From Mytilus edulis (lineage: Eukaryota): a DNA stretch of 64,000 nt. The DNA lies in assembly GCF_963676685.1 (NCBI RefSeq), contig NC_092346.1:25916001-25980000 (forward strand), given 5' to 3'. Below, piece after piece: positions 1 to 12,100 of the stretch. Every line of letters starts with the position of its first letter. Position 1 is the stretch's first letter. The position numbers were made by a program, and so were the translations under genes. The notes below the pieces were generated by a model. That model ran no database searches and had not been told where the DNA came from. It saw nothing but the letters and a program-made list of their open reading frames with translations.

Positions 1-176
1 TAATTGGGATTATAAAATATAAACAATAGAGAATAATAGAGAAATTAACAAAGAATATAGAAAAATGGTTTAAAGAATAAAGAAATGACTGATCTTTATA
101 GTATATTGTTTCAATTTTTACAAAAGTCTCGAATTCACCAAAAATAGTGATCTTCATCTGTACATTATCATTTCAG

Positions 177-3100
177 TACCACTGCCATGTATGGTATCTG
201 ACTGGAATGAATGGTCTGCACCTGATGCCACTGGAACTTCCTTCAGATATAGATCTGTCACCAGACCACCAATCAACATGGACGGAGAATGCCCACCATT
301 GATTCAAGCCAAGAAAGGTTGGTTTTTTATTTATTAGATCTAGATGAATTCTAATTCTAAATTGTTCTTTTACTATATTTATACTTCTTAAAACTTTTAA
401 ACAATTATAGAAACATATAAACAAGTTTTACAATCAACAATGATGAATTTGAAGCGTATAACAAAAAGAACCCCAAACCTGCATTTTTCAACTACATAAT
501 AAACAAAGCTATACTGAGATATATAATCACTTATTATAAATCTATTTTACCATTTCAGTCAAACTTCCATGTATTGTGTCTGACTGGAGCACATGGTCAT
601 CACCTGATGCTACAGGCTCTTCATTCAGATGGAGATTCGTCACCAGACCATCAATAAACGGAGGACAAGAATGCCCAGACCTTATACAAGGAAGAAAGGG
701 TATGTTTATTAGATATGTGCAAATAGTCTTGTCATGGGTGTGGTTGTTCTGATTTTTAAAGTTGTACAAAGATTGTAAGGATATGCAAAATAAATTAGAA
801 CATAAATACACAAAAGGTTACTGTATAAAAAAGAAGATGTGGTATGCTTGCCAATGAGACAACTATCCACAAAAGACCAAAATGACACAGACATCAACAA
901 CTATAGGTCACTGTACGGCCTTCAACAATGAGCAAAGCCCATAACGCAAAGTCAGCTATAAAAGGCCCCGATAGGACAATGTAAAACAATTCAAACGAGA
1001 AAACTAATGGCCGTGACTTGATTGTAAGTATTTCTCCTTACCTTTTTAAATTACCTGTTCCTCAATGAAATATTGTACAGTGGTCGCAATGTCATTGTGT
1101 TTCTTTTGCCATTTCAGTACCATTGCCATTGATTGTTTCTGACTGGAACACATGGTCTGCAGCTGATGCAACAGGAAGCTCTTTCAGATGGAGATTCGTC
1201 ACAAGACCAGCAATTAACAAGGATGAACCAATTCCAGAACTCATTGAAGCCAAGAAAAGTAATACATAAATCTCATTATATAGCTTTTTATGTTATAATG
1301 AAATAACAGAACTTTAGGATGAAGAATATAAATGAAAGTGTTTGCAATACTCTAGGTTATGTCAAGTTCCTTAAGGGATTTTGTGTCTTGAATTCTTGAA
1401 ACATGTTCTCACTTTTTTATCTATTTATCTAATATTTCTAAATAAGGGTAATCTATTACTTTCTTTGCTTTCTTACTTTGTTCTTATTCTTACAGATGCC
1501 TTTATTAACCCATCTTTTTTTAAAGCATTGTGGTAAAAACTATATATTTTCATTTCAGTACCACTGCCATGTATGGTATCTGACTGGAATGAATGGTCTG
1601 CATCTGATGCCACTGGAACTTCCTTCAGATATAGATCTGTCACAAGACCACCAATCAACATGGACGGAGAATGCCCACCATTGATCCAAGCCAAGAAAGG
1701 TTGGCATTCTTCCATTTATTGTACTGCATGTTAACTGATTATGACTATAGTAACTGTAGATGTGAATTCAAACCAATTATCTCCCCTTTAATATATTTGA
1801 TCTAGGTTATGCCCCTTTAGAGCAGTGTTCTAGAACTGTGTAAAATTTCACAGTCGTGGACATTCTCCTTTCATATTATTTGAAGGACTATATATGTTCT
1901 TGAACACTGCTTGGAGGGACACAACCTTGATTAAACATATCCAAGGGGAGATAATCAATTTACTTACTTTAATATTGAAATATTTTGCTTATGTTTTGTA
2001 AAGCATAATTCCTCCAAAACTGTGAGAGTCATATTGATAAAACTTTACACAGTTTACCTGAGGATGTATTATCCTTGCCCTACATGGTAAACAGGAAGCT
2101 GTCTCAAAGAGGACTGTAAAAAAAATCTAATTTTCCTTTTATGTAAATTTTTACAGATCTAGTCTTTTATACTTTAAATATACTAATAAATTCACAGGGA
2201 AAGGGTATCAAACACATACCATTCTATTAAATAACTTGTACATTATTACTTACTTTCAGTCAAACTTCCATGTATTGTTACCGACTGGAATGAATGGTCT
2301 GCACCTGATGCTACTGGATCTTCATTCAGATGGAGATTTGTCACCAGACCATCAATTAATGGAGGACAAGAATGTCCAGATCTCATCCAGGGCAAGAAGG
2401 GTATGTTTATTATGAAAAAATATTTTCTCAAAGTTATCAATCATTATTAATTCACTGGTTATCAGAATTTTATATTTAATATAACATCTTAAAGTATGAA
2501 ACTAATTTTCAAGTGCAAAATGCTAAAATCATTAGGTTTAATTTACATAAAACATCTGGGTCTTTGCATACTACTACATAGGTAATGGGTGCAGTACCAA
2601 TCAATAGCCAGACAAAAGAAAATTACATGCTATCTCTTCAAAATAATTTGCTATGGTATCAAATTGTTTATCTTGTCATTACAGTACCACTACCACTTAT
2701 TGTGGGTCCATGGAACACATGGTCTGCTTCTGATGCCACAGGAAGCTCTTTCAGATGGAGATATGTATTGCGACCAGCAATTAACAAAGATGAACCAATT
2801 CCAGAACTCATTGAAGCTAGAAAAGGTAAACAAACCTAGTTATACCTATTGGTTTTTCCTTTGAAGTATATATTATATGTAGAGAAAGTTGTCAGGTATA
2901 TATCAAACAATTATTTCTGTGACTGCATTAAGATGCTTTTCTTCAGATAACTTAACTAATCTGTAATAAATTCCATTTTCATGCCTTATATATCATGTTC
3001 TGTTTTTACAACTCTAGATTCTACTGAAGAGAAAAGGTTCCACTAGGTCATTGTATACAAAGTTTTATCTAGCCTATGTTCAGTTTAAAACAGCTACGTT

Positions 3101-6100
3101 TATGAAAACAGCATTACTTTTTACAGTACTAAAACTCAAAACAAATTTTCAACTTTAATAAACCCAGTATTTTCATACATTTTTTCATAATATTAGCAAT
3201 TGGTTTTTTTTCAGTCAAACTGCCATGTATTGTAACTGACTGGAATGAATGGTCCGCAGCTGATGCTACTGGCTCCTCATTCAGATGGAGATTTGTTACC
3301 AGACCATCAATTAATGGTGGAGCTGAATGTCCAGATCTCATCCAGGGCAAACGAAGTATGCTTTTTTCAAAATATAACTGTGTTAATACTTGGTTCAAAG
3401 ATTAAAAAAAAACACATTAACAAAAAATTCTGAACTCCAGGCTTAATTAATAAAAAGCCTGGTACATTTTACCAAAAATGTTTCCTAAAGCAATATTGTC
3501 TTCAACCCTGTACAAGCAAACAATAACTCTCATAAAGTTTTGAAATGGAAGTTACTATGTGTTTTATTTATATTATAAACAAATGATTATTTTTTAGTTC
3601 CACTGCCATGTCTTGTCAGTGAATGGGTTGAATGGACTGCACCTGATGCTACAGGAACAACATTCAGATACAGATTTGTCACCAGACCACCAATCAACAT
3701 GAAGGGAGAATGTCCACCACTTATACAGGGCAAGAAGAGTAAGTAGACTATTTTTTATCTCAATTTTCAGGGAATGTTGTTTAAATTTTAAATGACTATA
3801 GCATTATCTTTTTCTTTGCTTATATACCACACACATTCTATTTTAAGATATTGATAAATAACTAAGATTTTACACTCATAACATTGCTTTGAATGTGACA
3901 CATTGACCAAATCAAAGTTTGTAACTGCTTGGATAAAGAGAAATTTGAAGTTGCATAGCTTCTTCAATTTAATGTTATATAGCTTCTTGAATTAAAAGTT
4001 ACTGGATAAAAAGGGAGATAATTCAACGTACTTTGCTCATTGCAGTTCCACTGCCATGTTTGGTCTCTGATTGGACCACCTGGTCAGCACCAGATTCAAC
4101 TGGAACATCATTCAGTTATAGAATGGTAACCAGACCAGCAATTAATGGTGGAAAAGAATGTCCAGAACTCATCAGATCTAAGAAAAGTAAGATTTTTTTC
4201 TTACAAAGATAAGAAATAAAGTTTCAGTGAAATTTTAACTGAATTTAATTCAGTAATAATTTAAGTACTCTGAAACAAATTTCCTGTTATATCAGTGCTT
4301 TAGTATTTGCTATTTTAATGTTTTAAATTTTAAATTTTCAAAAGTGGCAACAGTTTTGTATTTCCCAGTAAGATATTTCATCTTATCCATACTCTGAACA
4401 TTTGTTCTTACTCCTCAATTATGTGCCCTTAGCAAAGAATCAGCAAATAACATTTTTAAAATCTTCAGTTTGTCCGGCTAGGGAACAAACCAGTGACTTC
4501 CAACACCTGAGGCAAGCAAACCACAATTGAGACACCATGTTGTATGTTTGAAGCCATTTTGACATATATTTTAATCATGTGTTAAATCTTTCAGTACCAC
4601 TGCCATGTCTTGTCTCTGACTGGACTGAATGGTCAGGTCTTGATGCCACAGGAACATCATTTAGATACAGAATGGTAACCAGACCACCAATCAACATGGA
4701 TGGAGAATGTCCACCATTGATACAAGCCAAGAAAGGTATGTTGTTTAATTTTTCTTTTTATTCATGTATTTCTGACAAAATGTAAAACCGGCTTATAATT
4801 TGTTAATAACAGACATTCTACAGTTGAATGGGAGTGTGGTTTTTGGAAAAGTTGGTTAATATTAAATATTAAATGACTTCCATGCTCTACATTTATTGAA
4901 GACTTCATGATTTTATTTTTGTATTATTTTTGCAGAACCACTGCCATGTCTGGTTTCTGACTGGACTGCATGGACCTCACCAGACTCAACCGGAACTTCA
5001 TACAGTATCAGAATGGTAACCAGACCTGCAATTAATGGAGGAAAAGAATGTCCAGAACTCATCAGATCTAAGAAATGTTAGTTTTTATATTCAAGTTTTA
5101 AATTCCTGACATTACTATGTATGTTAGTACCAACCAAAAATATATCTCTATTGAGTCTGAATATGTTAAAGTTATTAGTAAATACGCAAAATTAATATTC
5201 CATAATTCAAAAAAGCAGAAAATATATACCCACAAAGAACAGTACACCCAGAGAAATCTTAAAGCAATCTTGTGTATCATGTTACCAATCATACTATGAG
5301 GGGGCCTCTTTTATTTTTTTTTTATTGTTTTGCAGTAAGTCTGCCATGTATTGTCAGCGATTGGACAGCATGGAGTGCACCTGATACCACTGGAACAATC
5401 TATAGATTCAGAATGATGACCAGACCTTCACTCAATGGTGGTGCAGAATGTCCAGACTTGTTACAATCCAAAAAAGGTATGATTTTAGATAAGGGTTTCA
5501 TGCCAGACCCTCATGGGTAGTCAAGGTCATTAAAAAAAAAATTGCTTTAAAAAACATGTTCAATAAATTTCCCTTGATAGAAACTAGTAAACATTTATTG
5601 TTGAAAATTATATCTCTAAAAAAAACTGTTTCGTATAGTTTTTGTAAGAAATTTGCATTTTTGTGGATATTTGATCTAATGTATGTATAAATACATTTTT
5701 ATATATAAAATGGGTACTTTTTTAGCATTTAAATTTGTTTTTCCCATGTACCCAAGAAATCAATGAAAATTGGTAACCAACAAATGAATCCACTTTAACT
5801 GTTTTTCTTTAAATAATCTGCAAGACTCAGTCTGATTAAATGGTTTTTATTTTTACAGTAAAATTACCATGTATTGTAACTGACTGGAATGTATGGACTG
5901 CTGTTGATGCCACCGGAGTCTCCTACAGATACAGATATATTGTCCGACCAGCACTTAATGATGGCGCTGAATGTCCACCACTTATACAGTCCAAGAAAGG
6001 TGAGAGTTGTGTCACTGATGATTGTGGGTCAATGTATGTGGAAAGGGGGGGTCAGAGTAATATGTCTTAGTTTGGTAACTTTTTTTCTTGTGCAATGGGA

Positions 6101-9100
6101 CCATATGAAGTAGCTAGAAATGGTTAAAAGTTGTTTTTTTTTAAACCAAATCCAGTTTGTATGGTAACTATAACATAACATTGTAATTTTTTGTTTTAAG
6201 AGCACAGATACATTTTTTTGCAATTGAATTATAATGAACCAAGTGAAATAACAGTAGGACTAAAATCTAGTACACCTTGTCATCAAATTTCTAATTTTGA
6301 CATTTTCTTCTTCTTTTAGTACCACTACCATGTATTGTTAGTGAATGGACAGCATGGACATTGCCAGACCAAACTGGAACAAGATATAGGTACAGAATGA
6401 TGCAGAGACCACCACTCAATGGAGGAAAAGAATGTCCAGATCTTGTACAAATGCAGAAAGGTAGATATATATACATGTATATTCATATAAAGGGACAGGT
6501 TTTAAATTGTTCATGCTCCATGAAAATACAGTGACAATTTTTTTTTCAAGTGTGCACCATACATGTGTACCTCCCGACTTGGAGTACAATAATCCTGTTT
6601 TCAGGGGTCTCCTCCCGTCCTCCCGTTTAGGAGGGGAAAAAAACGTGTATGAAATATTTTATAAATGAAAATGTTCAGCGCCATATAATTTGTTAGGTAG
6701 TACTACGGGTGTAACTGAGTTAAATTTTACCTGTAAATCAAAGAGGATGTATATTTATATGGCTTCACTTGACAGCTTGGGTGTCAAATATACTGGTAAT
6801 CAACAATGTTTACCTTTAGCAAACTGCCGATGTGTAATAAAAACTGTGTATTGGAAGATAATTGAAATCGATTTTGGTTACTTCCCTTTGATTTATCCTG
6901 TTTTAAGTTATTTTTCTTTAAATAAGTTAATTTTTAAGAAGAATACAAAGGATATATATTTTAATCAAATAGTCATAAAAGGATGGTAATTAAATGATTT
7001 TAAATGTCGTGGGACAAATAACTAACATAAATTTAAAAATTATTTGAGGAATATAGACTTCTTTCCAGCTTAAATTGAAATTTATATAAAAAATCTGACA
7101 TTTGTGTACAGGTTGTCAATTATTTAATCACTTATTTGTGAATTTTACCTGCCTTAGAAGTATAGGCAGTCAACAACATAAATCTTAAAAAATAAAAAAC
7201 TAATGAGAGACAGACTCTTCTCATATTTTTTTTTTAATAAAGTGAAATAATTCAAATAGAAAGGGTACAATGATACTATAAACATATTGCATCCTGATGG
7301 AAAGTTGGAAAAAAACACTCTTTTTAAAGACAATTTCTATATCAAACGATTACATGATTACATTTACGACAAAATTTATGTTGATAAAAAACCTCCTGAT
7401 CAAAATTTCCCAATCTCCTGATCTGAGTTTCACAGTCCATCACATGTATGGTGCACAGTATGTCGATCCTTGATACTCGCACATTATACTAATGAAAAAT
7501 TGTTTTTGTCCTATATGTCTGTTAAAAGGAAACTTTTTCAAACAAAATTATTCATCTGGAATATTAATGCATGGAAACAGAACAGAATTAACTCAAAAAA
7601 TTAGAAGTTGTGCACTTCCTTTACTATTTAGTTTTGATCAGATTGATTTCGTATGTTTTTTATAACAAATTATAGATTTTGACTTTTCTGCATAAGTAGA
7701 AATTTGTCAATTCAAAATGGCATTATGTTTACATGCAAATTAGATAAAAACCTTGACAAGAGTTGCTTCATTACTCATACAGTTTTGTTTTTTATTATTA
7801 AATGCAGATCAGATTTTTTTTTTCTTTTATAACATAAACAGAAGTAGGAAGGGGAGAAATATATACTCATGTTAAAAATAACCTTGATTATTATTATTTT
7901 TGCAGTACCACTTCCATGTATTGTAAGTGACTGGACAGAATGGAGTTCACCTGATGCCACCGGAACATCTTACAGAAATAGAATGGTACTCAGACCTCCA
8001 CTTAATGTTGATGGAGAATGTCCACCACTTCTACAATCCAGGAAAAGTAAGCTTTTATTGAATATGATTTTCACAAGTTTGAGTAAAGAATTTTTTTTAT
8101 TTTTTTTTTTAAAGTAATAGGGTCAGAGAATGAGCATTACATTCACAAAAAAAAACAAAATATTAAATTTATTGTTTTACTTTTTCCTTTCAAAACGAAC
8201 AAAATAGATATTCTTTCACTGTAGAAATGATCCAGCCTCATACATGTAATGAATGTGTGTTTTGAATTGAACTCTTATTTACATGGCCTCCATTTTGATC
8301 GAAAACACACATTGTAAGTTCTTATCCCAGTCTTGACAGTAGAAAATGTATATTCAATACAAAATCCAAAGATATTTGGTTATTTTAGGTTAAATTGTGA
8401 AATATGAAATGCTACAAAAGAACAGTTTTTTCGATTCTATTAATAAGACTTGTCACCATTTACATTTGTATCAACATGTATTATACATGTTTTTTGAAAG
8501 TTGAAAATTCACTGACATGTATGTGAGAAATCATGACCAATTGTATTATTTTCAGTCAAACTCCCATGTATTGTTTCTGAATGGACCGAATGGTCTAAAC
8601 CAGATCCACAAGGAACCAGAACCAGAACTAGAGGTGTAGTAAGACCAGCATTAAATGGCGGACAAGAATGTCCAGAATTGATCCAGAGAGACAAAGGTGG
8701 GCATCTTATGTTAACTATTAGTGTAAAATGTGTTTGATATAAGGTTGATTGTTAGGAAATACAATTATCATAATAGATGGGGAAAAAACTGATTTTTACA
8801 GCAGATTCAAAGAAACTTAAAATGTGTATCTATATTCAAACCTTGATTTTTCTTGATTATTAAGTTAAACAAGCTTTTGCAACAATACAATTCTTCTACA
8901 GTGGATTCAATTGTTATTATTTGTAGAATACTAATTTTCTTGTTATCATTATTTTAGAACTAAAAGGTAATAATATATAAATATACAACAAACTTTTACA
9001 TCTTTTATAGTTGAGGTAGACTGTGTAGTATCTGAATGGGGAGTATGGAATTATGCAAACTCTGATGGAATTAGTAAACGAGAGAGAACTGTGATAATAC

Positions 9101-12100
9101 AACCACAAAATGGTGCTGGCAATTGTCCACCATTAGAAGAAACCAGAAAGGGTTAGTATTAGAAACATGCTTAACTATGTTTTGGACAAAAATCCCCTTC
9201 AAAACTTTATTGTATTGCTTTGATGACTTCTACAGAACTCGATAATAGGTCATACAGCTAAATTGTATTAGTGTGTACCTAATACAGTAAATTTAAGTTT
9301 GCTTTTTAAACCATAAGTTCTCCATTAACTATTGTAAATATAAAATACCTGTCAACCTATTGGGACCTATCCAAAGATTTTATAAGCTAGTAGTAAAAGA
9401 TTTAGTAAACAAGGATACTAGGAATCTTATGGTTCACCTTGCGAGTTTAGAGGATATAATCCTTAATCCTTGGGTACTTATTAAAATTGTTTGAGGATTT
9501 TTTAAGAAGTGGTGAACCACAATTTTCAATACATGTATTTCAATTTTTTAACAAAAGAGCTCATTTCCTACAGGCTTGTATGCAAAAAAATACCAAGTAT
9601 CAACAAAACACACTATTTTTATTGAATACATGAAAATTTGTATAGAGAAAAAGTACTATTCCAAGGTAATTATAAATGAATGTTGATTTGGGGTATAAAT
9701 TAGTTAGACAGCATCATAACATCAAAAATAACCAAAAGATATCTAAAAGGCAACAAACCCTCTTCAACAAATATGTCAATATGTAATTATGCCCCTTCAT
9801 TTTCAGTATCAAGAGACTGTGTTGTAACAGAATGGACTTTGTGGACTGCACCAAATCGTGGTGGCAGATCAGAGAGAACAAGAGATGTACAGGTTGCACC
9901 ACTTCATGGTGGAAAACAATGTCCACCACTCAAAGAAACCAGACGAGGTAAAAAGATGTAATAATACATTGTTTCTTGCAACAAAGTAAATACAGAGTGT
10001 TTTTATGTCTGTCTGTCTATCAATGTATTAATAAGAATATTTTTATGAATAAAGACAAATAGAAAAATAGACATTCCGTTGTCCCCAAAAGATAACAGAG
10101 AGGGAGATTGAATAATTCAGATCCCATTTGTTAGCATGATAAATATGGATGATCAAATTAATGCCTCAATTCTTGGTTGTCCAGATATACATTGCCACTA
10201 GTACTTTGCTTTACTGTAATGATAAGAATGGCTTCAAATTAATCAATATGGGCCTCAAATGAGTTTATGACGCTCTTTTTTAATAGCTTATATTCAAAAG
10301 TATACTTGAGAAGTTTGATTGGTTAATAGATTAAAAGGTCATTTCTCAAAAAATATTTTCTGACAAGAAAATGCTATAGTACTTTGGTATAAATCATTTT
10401 TATTTTATTCTTACAACTTATTTTTTTTTTATTTGTTGTAGTTGATCAACCATGTGTTGTAAGTGAATGGTCATACTGGTCCACACCAGACTCTAATGGA
10501 GTTTCAAGAAGAACAAGAGAAGTCCTGAGAGCAACTGTTGGTGAAGGTCAAGGTTGTCCAGATCTCCAAGAAACAAAACAAGGTAAACTTCACTTCTGAT
10601 TATATATGCCTACTGAAATTTATTCCTATTGTTAATTTGCAGTACTTGATTTCAATTTTCTGTCTATAACTTGATGGTAGGGATAGAGAGAATGGCCAAT
10701 TATTAGCCAATAATGGAAAAATACAAAACTTGCCTTAACTTATTGATTAATGGAGGGTACAAAAAGTGAATCAATCTTTAGGTAATTGTTAAACTTTCTA
10801 GTGGGGAGATTTTTAATTGTTTTTTTTTTAAATTTACTGGAAAGTGCCATCAAACAATCATTAAAATTGAGTTCTATTTTTTGTAGTTGATCAACCATGT
10901 ATTGTAAGTGAATGGTCATACTGGTCAACACCAAACAATAATGGAATTTCACAAAGAACAAGAACTGTCCTCCGAGCAGCTGTTGGTAATGGTAAACCAT
11001 GTCCAGAGCTTGAGGAAACAAAGGAGGGTAAGTTAAATTTTACAGTAAGATGTATCCCAGAAGACTACATGAAGTCTATTGGTTGTCATTGGTTGCCATC
11101 TTTCATAAATGTTTTTGTCCCATGCACAATGTGATAACCAGAGCAGATCAATTATGTTTAGGAGTTAAGCCTATTGGAAGTAGAAGTTATATGTGAAATA
11201 AATTTACTAAATTAAACGATACTTACCTTGGTTAAAGTTGAAGTTTAATTTGAATTCTATGTAGTCATAGAATCACTGAAGTGATCAGATGAGAAGCACT
11301 GCGCAACCGCAACCTCAGTCTTTAAAGATACAAATTTTTTGATGATAAAGCCAAGTGGTACTCTACCAATAGCATATATATATAAGCCCTATCAACTACA
11401 CAGCTGTAGGGAGGGTGGTGGCATCTGATCACTTCAGTGATTCTATGACTACATAGAATTCAAATTAAACTTCAACTTTAACCAAGGTAAGTATCGTTTA
11501 ATTTAGTAATTCTATTACGTCATATCACTTCCGCCATCAGATGAGATTTTAAAGCACACTCAAAAAATTTTCAATAGTAACTTTTATATATATAAATGTA
11601 AACAAATCAGTTATTCAACACATTTACATCAAAACTATTAGAATTTATAATTCTCTTGTTATAGAAAGTTGCAAAAGTATTCACATTTGTCCAACCCGCT
11701 TTACTCATGATATCAGCTAAAGAAACATTGTACAGTTTAGCTTTAGACGTAGCTGCAGATCTCACTGAATGAGCACTAAATAGTCGAGTGTCTATACCCG
11801 ATTTTTGCAAAACTACTTTAATCCAACGGGAAATAGTGCTACAAGTAACTGCTTTATGCGGCTTAATGTAACTGATAAGCAACTGCTTAGTGTGAACACG
11901 CAAAATTTTAGTACGTTTAATGTATTCTTTCAAAACAGTATATACACACAACCTCCTATCTGGAGGAAAAGCTCTCAGTTTGACATCTGGATTCTTATAT
12001 CCTGGTCTAGACTGTTTTAATAAAACATCTAAATGAAAAACAAATTCATCCCTCAATTTTTCCATACAGTCAACACTTAAAAACTTCAGTGTTTGTACAC

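Noticed and set aside
173-11021. Minus-strand ORFs in the track (e.g. 542-811, 1473-1715, 2246-2440, 3129-3398) that resemble each other
   Set aside because: They are antisense shadows of the + strand TSR exons.
177-11027. Regularly spaced similar blocks resembling a CRISPR or cassette array
   Set aside because: The blocks are 141-nt coding exons with AG/GT boundaries and an open TSR-like frame; the spacers are ordinary introns.
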